From NCBI GenBank assembly GCA_964304625.1, contig OZ199840.1, positions 6,383,120-6,447,119 of the forward strand: DNA of 64,000 nucleotides, read 5' to 3'. This DNA is from Kudoa neothunni (taxonomy: Eukaryota; Animalia; Cnidaria). The position numbers and the translations under genes are program-made. This document shows positions 13,164 to 25,814 of this stretch, piece by piece. The number at the start of each line of letters is the position of its first letter. The stretch's first letter is position 1. A model generated the notes under the pieces. It was not told where the DNA came from and searched no databases. It saw nothing but the letters and a program-made list of their open reading frames with translations.

Positions 13164-16100
13164 TTATTTTACAAGTCCTCCAAACACCTAAACAAAGTTA
13201 GCTGGCCAATAATATCTTTAATGATACTTCTTTCGGTATATGCTTTTTTGCCAAATCGTTATCGTCATCATCGTCATTCAGGTTTATTTCGTTAGGATTT
13301 GATACAGTATTAACATCAAATTCATTGGTATTTGCATCAGAGGTAGCCCTTAATGAAAAAACTAATCACGACAATCAACCATGAGTTTGTTAACTTGACA
13401 AATGAAATATTTTCTTTCAATTTATCACGTTCATTTGCTGCAGCGATCGCGTTTGCTTCCAATTGCTCCACAGCTATACAACCCAGAAATTAATTAGCCA
13501 ATTAATTTTACAGAAAAAAATTAATCACCTTGCATGGGATCAACTTCCTCGTCTTGGTTATGAACAAGTGTAACATTGATCTATTTTAGATAAAGATAAA
13601 ATATATTATCTTGTAAGAAAAACCTACCTTAGTGTGGAAGTGTGAAAGCATTGTTCTGCGTATACGTCGCATCTCTCTGAAGGTTTCAGGATTACCATGA
13701 TCTACCTCAAATTGCTGCCACGAATTCCAGAATTCAATATGGCTCTAAATATTTGATTTAATATGTTAACAAAAAATTATATCAGGTATAGCTGAAAATT
13801 TTTGAAGAAGAAACAGCCACTAATTCTATCTTTAAGTCTTGTGACCTGCCTTCCAAATTATTAATTTTTATACAGTTGAATTTTTGTCGAATTTGTTCAA
13901 CACTTAATTACATTAATAAGGCTTATATATTTTTTTAAAACAACTCCAAGCTCCTCGGGATTAAAATTAACTTTTCATCAAAATAGCGCTCATACATTAA
14001 AATTTCTCATACTAATGTAATTAAATAAATATTCATATAGTACAATAATGGATCGGTCGTACGTAACCACTTGGGGATGGGGAATGGTACGTACTGTATT
14101 GCGCAAGCGCACAAAATTTTAAGATAATAAATTAGCTATAACATAAAAAATACCGAAAAACATTTATTTTTTTGTTTAAAAATGCGATTTGAATTGAATA
14201 AACATCCGAAATAGGATCAGATATTAGCTCCCACGCCTTTGAGTAATGATATTTAAAATAGTTGCGAAACTCTTCTAAACGAAATAAGACCGCCTTTGAA
14301 AGGTTCAGACTTTTATCAAAAAAATCATCTTTCGTTTTTGAATCTTTGGGGAGTTTCTATCATTGCGCCATTGTCACTACCATGAATTAGGGAGGACACC
14401 ATTATAAACCATATTACTATATATTCACAGCATGTGCCTATGTTTATGCTTCATTTTTTAACTAGCAGCCATATTTACGTGGCTATAAAAACTTATTAAT
14501 TTTTTGAATCCGACAGAGAAAAATAAAACGCTTAGTTTAATCACGCGGTTAAAGCAAAAAGGTACGCGGGACTGGTCCTCACGTGACTTTTTATTTTTCG
14601 TTTATTTGTAGTAACTATACTTACAAGTTATTTAACGCGTGTAATTCTAACATTATATAACTTTTGAAATCATATTAAATATGAGATAATCTTTTAATAT
14701 ATGAAATAACTAATGTACATACGACCGGTCCATTATCGTAATTTCAAAAATTAAATCTACTTTAATTAATATTCTCCTTGATTCTATTATCTATATGTAT
14801 TCAATCACATACAATCCGATTAATTCAAAGCCCATTATATAGATATATATATATATATATACAATCTCAAGAAATATTTATAAGTCCGTGTACATTTAAT
14901 TCCTTCTGTAGAATTTTGGTCATAATTCTTTCCCGTTCACCACTATACTCTGGGGGAAATGTAATAATTATTTACAGCTACTAATTCAAATTTTAAAATT
15001 AATCTTTAATTTACCAAATTTAATCCAAATAAACTTAATATTTTATGGTTAGTTTCAAAAAATGCTCATAATTATAGTCATAAAAACTTAAAATTAATGT
15101 GCACAACGACGAGAAAATAACACTCACCTTGGGATCTGCCATTTGGGCCAAATAATTGTAGATGGAACGAGACCGGTCTATCTCACCTAATTTCGTCTCC
15201 ATGGCAACATAGCGTAATCCGATTTTTCTATAAAAAAATAAAACAAAAACCCCAACACAATCCTCACAAAGCAGATTGATTATTTAGACATTCAATGGCT
15301 TTATCGAAGATAGGTCTGGTGCATGTGAGACCCACAAGCTCGACACAACGATTGATATAAATAGTAAAAATTTGATATTTTTCACTATCCAGCACATTAT
15401 CGATAGCTCTTTCATAGATGGATATGGCATTTTTGGTAAGACCATATTTCTCTTCAACTTGAGCGTACGCAAGGTAGAACCATTTTGAGAATTTTTTGGG
15501 ACAATTCGAAAGCACCTGCTCGAAGAGGTCTCTAATACGTTCCAATTTGCTCGATCCCTATTAAAAAAATCAGTTCAAACAAAAGTTTATTTTTTTAAAC
15601 CAATAAGGCAGCTAAGACACATACATAACGATGAACAAATTTGATCAAGTAGGTGTTCCAGATATCATACACATTAGGCCAATGAAACAATTCGATACCT
15701 CGTTCAAATTCCTAATAGTTGCGTCAAGGTGAAATTAACTTAGCCGATAACTTAATTAATTAAAATAACCTTGAATGATTCTTCAAAGTAGTTGTGTGAC
15801 TCAAGAAAACTAGCAAAGTTAAGCACAAGTTGTGGATTGGCAATTTTCATTGACATAATTTGGTTGTAAATGCTTTTGGTAGCCTACAATAATAGATGAT
15901 GTGATGAGAAGAGAAGAGAAAAGCCGACCTCAAATGTAGAACAATTTTCGCTAAGATCACAATAGAAACACCACAATTTTAACGATTTGAAAAGCCGATT
16001 TTGGACAGTTTCATTTTGATCAAAGTATTTGACTTTGGCTTTCTGAGAAGGAACAGCGGTGGCACGTTCCAAAAGACATAACGCGAGATCAATATTGCCG

Positions 16101-17481
16101 TTGGAGATTTCCATTTCGGCATAATGACACCAAATCGACACCAAACTTTCGACATAACGATAGTTATGAGTGGTGGCCCGCTCGAAAATTATTCGGGCTT
16201 GTTGAATATTGTCAGAATAGAAACTTGCATATTCGATCCACAGTTGGCTTAGATTTCCCACAGTGTATTTACAGTTGATTGTTGCGATCGCTTGTTCGTA
16301 GGTGTCAACGACTTTATTAGGTTGATCCAAGTCTTGGAATAATTTGGCACGTTTCAACCATTCGTTGACATTGTGCGGGTTTTGACGAAGAAGAACACTA
16401 CTCAATAGAATAGCTCGCCTATCGATGAGATATTCGAGTCTTTCAAGCCGAAGTTCAAGATCAAATTTCTCAGCTTCCATCTTTGAAGGTTTGATACGGG
16501 ATTTGGCTTGCTCAAGTTGTTTCATATTTTCAACTTTAGTGGAAATAATAGTCTCTTCAAATTGAACGTATGTGTCGAAAATCTGGCCAAAATCCTTCAC
16601 AGTCATAACTTTGTTGATAGCTTCCTCAAAAATATCACGAGCACTTTCAAACATACCAATTTGGATGTAGTAATTAGCCAACATGCACCAAAGTTGTCCA
16701 TTACCATCAGTGAACTTTTCCAAAGTCGATCTGATTATTGTTGGGATCGACATATTGTTTAGTTGTTGAGGATGTTGGGTGATCAGCTCGCATAATTGAA
16801 AAATGAATTGGAATCGAGTTTTTTGACGTTTCGATTGGAAGGTTTTATTGTCGATAATTTTAATAATGTGGTTGGCAACCTGGTCGTAGTTTTCACTTTT
16901 TAACAAAAAATCAACATAATCTTCAATATTTTCCGGATAGATTTTGATGTAACGTTGGTAGATGTGAGAGGTGGTTGATGGACTGTCGATGAAATTTGCA
17001 AATCTAATGTACAGCGGCCATATCCGATAATGTTGTGTGATTGGTAAAGCTCGTAGAGATTCATCAAACGTTTCACGAGTCTTTTGAACCAACCTCTGAT
17101 GAAACAAAAATTTACAATATTCTATCCAAATTCGAGGCATCTTATGCATGAACAAAAGAGCTTTTTCATGGGCCGCATTGGTTTCTGCGTATCCAGGATC
17201 AGATATCGACTTTGTCAGATTGTGTGTTCGTCTGAGACGTAGATAATTGTTCCATAATTTATAACTGTATGGCATTTGTTGCAGAGCTCGCTCAAATATC
17301 ATATAAAGATCGTTAGGATTGATATTTTTTCGACTGGCCTTATACTCAATGTAACGGTTCCAACTAACCATACTGTAAGGGTGTCTCAGAACTTCCTCCT
17401 CAAATGGTAAATCATTTTCATCCTAAATCTATAATTAATCATGTTAGATCGATAAAATTTTACAATTATGAAAGAGTCCAT
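13164..17481 (-). CDS. XAB2: Pre-mRNA splicing factor SYF1/XAB2 (HAT/TPR repeats), multi-exon
   Basis: N-terminus [34 protein letters not shown]. The 495-aa ORF has [35 protein letters not shown] and [14 protein letters not shown]. Later exons give [19 protein letters not shown] and C-terminal NPNEINL...IPKEVFGGLVK*. Confidence 0.95.
14043..14738. mobile_element. TIR element with TA flanks inside the 1.38-kb XAB2 intron (13745-15127)
   Basis: TA|CAATAATGGATCGGTCGTACGTA ... TACATACGACCGGTCCATTATCG|TA; TA TSD suggests Tc1/mariner-type. Confidence 0.6.
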
Positions 17482-17735
17482 GATTGCCGAAATAGGCCGA
17501 TGATTTTTTTTTAATCTTAGTCCTCTTGTTTGTCTGCGATATTTAATTCTATAACTGTCCGTATGTAATATGGAATGATAGAATATAATTATTTAAAAGA
17601 ATTTTGTCTAAAATAAATATAAAAATTCAATCTGTAGCTATGGCATCTAATATTTTGGTTATCGCGTGGAAATTTAACGCTAGTTTAACCTAACTATCAT
17701 TTATCTACGTTTAGTTAATTATTTATTACCCAAGA

Positions 17736-17866
17736 TGTAACATGTGGATTATAAGGATTGTAATCCACCAAACATAAATACGCGATCGAGAGCAATGCGG
17801 AATGTCACCACCGCCCTTTAATGCAAATAACTCGGCTTCTAATCCTAGTTCGTACCTTGTGCTACA
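17736..17866 (+). mobile_element. tRNA-containing mini solo-LTR copy 2 (131 bp, intact)
   Basis: TGTAACA...TGCTACA termini. Perfect 5-bp TSD CAAGA (17731-17735, 17867-17871). Internal tRNA-like A/B boxes. Confidence 0.75.
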
Positions 17867-18116
17867 CAAGAACAATGCCATTGGGAGGACATTTAAATTT
17901 TATTTAGATAGTATTGAAATTAGATGTTAGTAAATTTTGGATTATGTTGAATTGAGTTAATCGGCAATTGGAACAATTTGTATTTTATTTAGGATAAAAG
18001 TAACTCTATTACTATAGAATTCGCATAATGTTCCATAAATAATCATGGCGCATTTAATATGAAAAATTTGATATAGGCTATTTATGCATAGATTTTCAAT
18101 TTGAAAATATATTCAA

Positions 18117-18332
18117 TAGGGTTGCCCTGATACCAACTTTAGATCAGTACTCGGTGCTCGCCAAAAGGTACCGATATTCAAAATCGATTCCAATAAAATT
18201 TCGTCTTTCAAAACCAGTATATAACGAAGAAATGTTTGTCAAATTACATTAAAATGTATCAAGATATCTTTAAATTGGCTCTTTAAAATTATTCTTATAT
18301 TTTTATAAATCTTTACGCATTTCATCATTTAA
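18117..18332 (+). repeat. Truncated second copy of the 5' end of the 3904-6157 hAT element
   Basis: Starts TAGGGTTGCCCTGATACC. ~140 bp are near-identical to 3920-4062. It stops at the TTAA used by the next piggyBac. Confidence 0.75.
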
Positions 18333-21300
18333 CCCCGCCTGCCCGAAGCGGGGCCACTTAGGGACCCCAAAATAACCATTTTGTTTATAATTTCAAACAC
18401 GTTTCATTTTCGATTGTAAAATTTCCTGAATTCCTCTATAAAGATATAAGGCTTCTATTTAAATATTTTTATATATAATTTTGTTTAATTATAATAAATA
18501 GTTTTCGCTTTTAAAATGACGTCTTACATATTTTTTAAGAAATAATGCCAATCTCATCTCCTATTTTATTTTATTTCATAGCTACATTAACTTTTCATAT
18601 TAATTGGAAATATCTTGTTGTATAGATATCAAGACTCCTCCTTCATCTTCTGAATTTTTTAAGAGAGTCAGGAAATTTCAACACGATTTTAGAGACCTTT
18701 GAATTATTTATTACGGAGGATATTTTGGATATAGCATGTTTAAATTCATACATACTATGGAGTAAAAAATATCCCGGTTGGAAAACGAACAGTAGAAGTA
18801 AGCAGCAATACTTTTTGCGCAAACTTTCCATTCAGTTAGCAAAGAGGAATGTTCTTCAGCGCCAGAGTCATTGTAAAAATTTGCCACATTATATAAAATA
18901 TGGCTTCGACGTATTTATTGATGAAAAGAATGATTCTTCGCCATCCGAAGTGAATTGTTTGCCACAGCCAAGTAGGAAACGATGTGGTTTGTTTCCATTG
19001 TCGAAAGTTTGTGTGTGCACGGCACAGAAATCAAAGAAATACAGTCGAGATTGGATATTGCGTGATTCGGTATTGCGTAATTTAAGATTTTCGATATGAA
19101 GATATTTACATTGGGACTTAATTTTAGAGTTATATCATTACTTTATTTATTAAATTAATTATATAGAATAAAAATAAAAAAATATTTTTTCTACATGCCT
19201 CTGATTTAGTATTGCGTAAAACCTTTTTATTGCTTAACGTAAATTACCAACGTGACTCGATATTGCGTGATTTCATCTTCAATATGCCCAGGGAACAGCC
19301 TTAAATTTCCGAGAAAATTAGAATAATACAATATTACAATTCAATAAAATCAATAAAGGGCACAAAGAAAATGACGGTTGAAAAGTTTAAACTTAATGGT
19401 ATGATTATTTTTAATCGATAACAATTTATTTTTTAAAGAACATTCAACGCTTGACAGAATTCTTTCTCATGAAACCAAGCTGAAAAATTCAGATGTTGCA
19501 GGAAATAGGAAGAGACATTCGAATGGAAGATTTATTAACATAGACGAAGAAGTTTATCAATGGTTCATCAAAAAACGCACCAATGGTCACATTATTTCTG
19601 GTGACGTAATACTTGAAATGGCCACCATAATTGCCAGAAAGAATGAAGTTCAAAATTTTAAAGCAAGCAGGGGTTGGCTAGCGGGGTTTAAAAAAAGGTT
19701 TGGAATCATTTTCATGGTGAAGTTGCGAGCGCTAACGTCGCAATATTGATTCGTGGATCTATGAAAATAAAAATTTGATAAGCATATATAGCCCAACAAA
19801 TATAATCAATATTGACGAAACTGGTTTGTTTTATGAGCAATTACAGAACAGTAGTTATTTATTAAAAGAAGAAAATGACATTAAAGGTAAAAAGCTATCG
19901 AAAAAAAGAATAACGATCTTGGTATCGTGCTCTTTAAGCGGAGAAAAGTTGCCCTTAGTCGTAATTGGGAAATACCAAAACCCCAGGTGCTTCAAGGGGG
20001 TAAAAAATTTACCTTATGAGTATAATTCCCAAAAAAATTCTTGGATGACATCTGCTATTTTTTTCAAGATACTGAAAAAAATTAAATTTTAAAATGGAGT
20101 CAGAACAACGAAAAATACTACAAGTGTTTTACAGCCACTCGATCTCGGAGTGATTACTTGTCTTAAAAGTAGATATAAAAAAATATTGTGTAGCCATATG
20201 GCATTATGTGATGATTCGTTAAATAATAAATTTACATTACTTAATGCAATTTTGACACTCCAAGAAGCATGGAACAGTATTCCACCTGAAATTATTGTCA
20301 ACTATTTTAAAAAGTCGGGCATATTTAGCGAAAGTAAAAGCTAATGCGAACTTCAAAAATTAATTCATTATCATAGGAGATACATAGACGGAAACAAATG
20401 ATAAAATTTTCGAAGATGAACAGAGTATAAATATACAATAAAATTTTAATATTTTTATAGTCGAGGAGGAAACATGGGACACCAACTTTGATGATGATGA
20501 TAACTTACCTAATTGTGAAGATGATAACGGCGATGTCTTAATATCAACAGTGAATCCAATTCAGAATGAAATCGAATCTGATGAGGAAGAACCAAAAGTT
20601 CCAATAAAAGATATAAAGCATGCCGTAAGTACATTAAGGAAGGTGTTTATTCAGGAAGATCCATCTGGACTCATCGATCTTCATCCGACAATGGATCGAA
20701 TTTTAAAAATATCATCTCAAAGATGGCACCAAACTAAAATTACTTCATTTTTTCATAAAAATTAATAATTTTGTCTGGTTGAGTTAAATAAAATTCCTTA
20801 TATTTATTTTATTTCACTAGCAATGATTTAAAGTAGGATAAACGCACAAAACAAGTTTAAATCAAATATTTTTACAAGTGCGCGTGTGCATGACTCGATA
20901 TTGCGTAAAACCTTTTTATTGCGTAGTTTTTCCTTGGTCCCAAAAATTACGCAATATCGAATCTCGACTGTACTACGTTTTGTTCTAACTGTAATAATTT
21001 ATTTTATCATCCAATTGTGCATTATTTAAAATTTTGTTTTTATAACTTTTTTGAAGTTTTTAACACCAACTAACAATTTAAGATCAAAATTAAGTATACT
21101 ACTGCTGTCGATTCAATGTGGGTTAATTTTTCAATGAAATCCATACAAATTAAGAAGTTGTATTTCTTAGTTTGAATATTTTTATCCATTAATTAGAAGA
21201 CTTCACTTAAAACAAAAAATTTTTGTTTTATTAAAAAAGTGTGAAATTGTATAAGTACCACGTAAATGAGAAGTAATATAGGATAAGAAATTTGGTATGG

Positions 21301-21801
21301 TTTAATCTCGATACAAAATAAATATTCGATTATATACACCAGATAAATTTCAATTAAATGCAGATATTTTGTGAAAATAAGACTCAAATATTTCGAGATA
21401 CATACGTCGGATTATGCCGATGATAAACGAGAAATACGCGCCAGCGGGAGGTGAGTCACTGATAACGTTTACATTGTTAAATTTAATTTTCTCGTGTATT
21501 TTCACATTTTCGTTTGATCAGATTTATATATACGACCGACTGATTAAAATCCGATAAATTTGAATGGGAAAATACCCCGTTTCTTCTTGTTATGCGTTAG
21601 CGTGAAAAAGGCATCATTTTTATGCATCGAGAGAATTGATTTAATTTTAATTTACAGTTTTTTTAGTTTAAAAATTCCTATTGATTTATTAAATTAAGGT
21701 TTTCGAAAATAAAAAATTGATATAGACCGATTTCTCTTGGGGTCCCTGAGTGATTCCACTTCGAACCGCATGTGATTTTTTTGCACTCCGTGCAGGGAGG
21801 G
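18333..21801 (+). mobile_element. Internally deleted piggyBac (host of a Tigger)
   Basis: TTAA|CCCCGCCTGCCC...GTGCAGGGAGGG|TTAA with subterminal GGGG...GACCCC palindromes. C-terminal transposase remnant DIACLNSYILW...FLRKLSIQLA...RKRCGLFP at 18725-19040. Confidence 0.85.
19042..20970 (+). mobile_element. Tigger/pogo transposon with decayed transposase
   Basis: 26-bp TIRs CAGTCGAGATT(G/C)GATATTGCGT(G/A)ATT and TA TSD. CENP-B HTH (VYQWFIKKR...FKASRGWLAGFKKRFGI) and DDE_1 (NIDETGLFY, KKRITILV, QPLDLGVI) fragments with frameshifts. Confidence 0.92.
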
Positions 21802-21805
21802 TTAA

Positions 21806-23662
21806 AAAAATAAAAAATCGTACCCAGCTGCTGTTGGACTTGTGTATGGTCACACAAAGAAAAAATAATTTTTTTTAATTTTTCAAAACTTTACAAAAAA
21901 TTAAGTTAGATAAACATTAGATGATATGTGGAATATGGCCACTACCTAAAAATTATACGCTTGGTGCTTTTGTAGTCTAATAGAGCCCACAATTCTATTC
22001 TATAATTTTATGTATAAAATTATAATAAAATGAAATTGAGAACATTAGCAAAATCTATCGAAGGAATAAAGAGAAAAGTGAGATATACTTGCCTGCAAGT
22101 TATACGATTATACACGAATCGTGCTTATTACAGAAATTTGTCTTCATGGAGGTCTTAATGAATATATATTCCACCGATTATAATTCTGACTTTATTGATT
22201 CTGTCACTGATTTATCTGAATATGGTGACAATAACCTTATCTGGGCTGCAGAAGCTTTAAAAACCTCCAAAATATTAAATGAAAACTTTTTAAGTAAGGC
22301 CTCTGGCCTTATGAAAGTTTCAGCTCAGAGAATTTTTCATATAACGGATTTTGGCATATTTTTGGGTGGCAATTTTTATATAAATGTTGCTTGTAATGAC
22401 AATCTGTTTGACTTTCATTATTATAATCACTGTTGCAAAGAGCTCTCAGTTATTGAGAATGGTTCCTACTATGGTTAGAACACTTAGAGCTAATAAGAGG
22501 AATGTTCCCCGTATATTGTAGAAAAATAAAACAAAGGAGTCATTAGCACACTTTTTCTATTTAATGAAAAGAAATTTCTGACCTCTTTAGTCCTCAAAAT
22601 CATAAGGCTTTGTTAATTTTGGCCATTTCAATAGCTTACACAAATATATTGAACGATGAAAAAAAGAAGTCAGGTAGCATCAATTATAACAAAATTAAAC
22701 GAGCTATTGATAATATTGGTCGGATTTTCACCTCCATAAATTTAAAAAGATATTCCATACGCGAGCCAGCAGTTATTTTTTATAATATCGACATAAATCT
22801 CTTAAACGCATTTTGCTCATACAAAATCATATTAAATGATGGAAAAATCAAAAGAGCCTAATTTTTAGAGAATCTTGCTAGTACGTTCCGTTCCTTCAGC
22901 AGTTTCTTGGCGCTAAATTTGTAACTAAATCAAGAGCAAGAAATCCAAATAGCATCAATATTGTCCCAAAAAATCCCGTAAACAATGTGCTGTAAGTCCA
23001 AGAAACAATGATCGTAAAATAATGCGTGTTGTACGGAAGAAACATTGCTACGAAGAACATTCCGAATGTGCTTGTTTTAACAGTTCATTGGACACAAATA
23101 AATGTCTGGATTACATTATAATTTTCATATTTTTGCGGAATGAGATTTCTGTTTTGACATACATAATAAATTGTTAATTAAAGGCAGAGCATCGATTTTA
23201 ATGTAGATCTGATAGAAATAATGATACGATCGTTTCCATAAACTCACAGATAATAAAAGAGGTCACAGAAAGAAAATGTTAACTTACACATTGATATATG
23301 CATTTAAGTTGAATGTTGGAGATCTTTTTAGTCCATTTTGTTGATAACTATTTTGCTGTGTCGTAAAATTTTAATCTAATTAATTACATATGAGATAATT
23401 TATAACACATTATTTTAAATATTTTTGAAAGTTCTTCCTAAATAATATTTCTCGAAAATTTATTTAACAAGAATATATAGTCTTAATATTGTTCGGTTGA
23501 TATCGGGAAATTTCGCCGACTCATAATTTTTTCGATAGAACTTTTTTATTTTTGAATGATGAAGTTTAAAAATTACTTAAATTCATAATATTAAATAATA
23601 AATAGGGCCTAATAGACTTCAAAAGCACTAGGTGTATAGTCGATTTTGAGTCGCTCGGAAGG
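21806..23662 (+). mobile_element. Old degenerate piggyBac (left end not found)
   Basis: Transposase remnants 22030-23090 (YNKIKRAID...FYNIDINLLNAF, Cys-rich tail). Right end ...GCTCGGAAGG|TTAA resembles the 36020 end. Inverted subterminal repeat at 21952-21989 vs 23605-23640. Confidence 0.7.
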
Positions 23663-23711
23663 TTAATGATAATAACGCTTGTTCGAATCCCAATTCAGAT
23701 CTTGTGTTACA
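23663..23711 (+). mobile_element. 3' half of tRNA-containing mini-LTR (copy 3)
   Basis: TTAATG...GTTCGAATCCCAATTCAGATCTTGTGTTACA matches the 3' ends of copies 1 and 2. It begins at the TTAA of the anticodon loop, where the piggyBac ends. Confidence 0.65.
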
Positions 23712-23725
23712 TTATTATTCAACAA

Positions 23726-24260
23726 GGTTAAAGTTCAGTTCCTCCCCCCTTCGGCGTCCGCCGGTTACCCGCCATCGGTACTAATCGGGTCATGTTTCAT
23801 AACATATAAACCCAATAAAATCTAGTTTACTTTAATTAGACGTAATTAAACAAAATATATCGATTAAAAAAATATAATATGTATTATTTTAAATGTTAAA
23901 AAAAATGTGTCAATTTATGTGCATAACAATATAACATGATATAAGTTAATATAAGTTTTTATCATTAAATTTGGGAATTATATATAAACGAATATTTTGG
24001 ATAGTACTATAGATATTATTGATTAATTATAGATTTTACAACATGTTCTTTCTAAAAAAATGTATAAACTAAAACAATATGTCGACTCATGATATTTGTA
24101 TCTTAATATAATTTTAATAGTTTTTAAATGGATAAAAATCACATATCATGCCATTTCTTTTTTAATTGTATCCTAATGAGACTATGTTAATGTAAAATAA
24201 TCTCTTTTAACTTAATTTTCTGAAGATTTTGTTATTTTATACAAAAACATTAATTATTTG

Positions 24261-24295
<35 letters not shown>

Positions 24296-24671
24296 CATTC
24301 TAAAAAATAATAGGTTAACACTTACCACTAATTAAAATAAACTTAACAATGCCGTAATTTACTAAAGATATTTATTCATCGACGATTGGAAAAAGACATA
24401 ATTATATAGATTTTTACAATAAAACAAAATCTACAAAATATAAATATGTTAATTTGATCTCCTCAGGAACAAACCATTGATGTTGGTAGCAAGTCAAGTT
24501 GCTGGAAAAAAATAATTAAATCTTCAGGATGATCCTTGAAGTAACATAAGTTTTCAAAATTTAGGTTATCTAAATTTTCGTAATTGAAGATTGCAGGAAG
24601 CATACTCCGGAAAATGTAAACAGCCGGAACCCCGATTAGTACCGATGGCGGGGAGGAACTGAACTTTAACC
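23726..24671 (-). mobile_element. Merlin non-autonomous element (946 bp)
   Basis: TIRs GGTTAAAGTTCAGTTCCTCCCC. Perfect 9-bp TSD ATTCAACAA. Merlin-like N-terminal remnant LIIFFQQLDLLPTSMVC on the - strand. Internal (TA)n at ~24265-24292. Confidence 0.85.
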
Positions 24672-25000
24672 ATTCAACAAAATACAAGTTTATTTTATTT
24701 ATCAAACAGATAGCACGAAGAATTTAATTACATTTTTAAGATTTATTGCTCTTCATCAGATCGCATAAAAATGGATTAAAACCAAATAACTATGAAAAAT
24801 TTTCGGTAAAATGTTCATGTAATAATTTTATAAACTATACTAAATTAAACTAAACTATGTGATGTAATCATTTATTTATAAAAATAATAAAAAGTTCGCT
24901 TGTTGCATAGAAAATAGAAATATTCGGTCATCCTCGATCAGTCCCAAACTCACGAGATGATAATTTTTTTTCTCTGTCCAAAATTATTCATGCTCTGTAG

Positions 25001-25526
25001 CAGGGGTCGGCAACCTTTTTGAGTGAAGGACCAAACAGACACCCTAACTCTAATGCGAGCCATATTTTTTGCTAATGTATTAAAATGTTAAGTTATGCTT
25101 AATTCAAATTTTAAATTTAAATATATAAATTAGAATTTATAAAAGTTATTTAATTATAAAAATACCTGGAATCAAAAGTGTTATATTCTGATAATTTGTA
25201 AGTGCAATGTAATCGACTCGTGCTTAACCTGAGGACGAACGATTTATTGGACTAGGTCAAATAGCATGAGATGAACTTATGTCTTTTTTTAAATATTTGA
25301 TACTTTTATTGACATAATTTTAACGTTATTTCAGCGATCATATTAATTCCTGTTTTCTGATTTAATAAAAATGTATTGGAGGCGGCAAAAATGTTTACAT
25401 CGACAACATATAAACATTTAAAAAAACGATCTCTATAACAACTTAAAAAGTATTTAGATATTCTAGATATTAAGAAAAATTTGTATGCCGGTCAATGCAT
25501 GGAGGGCCGTAGGTTACCGACTCCTG
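25001..25526. mobile_element. hAT-Charlie-type MITE (526 bp)
   Basis: TIRs CAGGGGTCGGCAACCT / AGGTTACCGACTCCTG; TSD CTCTGTAG/ATCTATAG. Confidence 0.8.
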
Positions 25527-25814
25527 ATCTATAGTAATATATTTTTATGATATAAAAAATTAATGTTTATTATTATTTTTTATAAAAATAAAAAGATGAG
25601 GAAATAGACAAAGTATTAGTCAAGCCGACTTATAAAAAATGTCACCTAATTTCTATCCCTTCACATTTTGAAGGAATAAATTCAGAAATCTTCCAATTAT
25701 TTTTAAGAATACAATGTACATTGTTGCATTGGTGAGGAAACGACTAAGACCATTGCTTGCGATTAATCCTTGCGCATGACCATTATTCACCAATTTGGCT
25801 GCACCATTCAACAG

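Noticed and set aside
24725-24765. Hammerhead-like CTGATGAAGAGC on the - strand (similar trace at ~51955-51992)
   Set aside because: The stem II partner and GAAA core are mutated, so a ribozyme cannot be supported.
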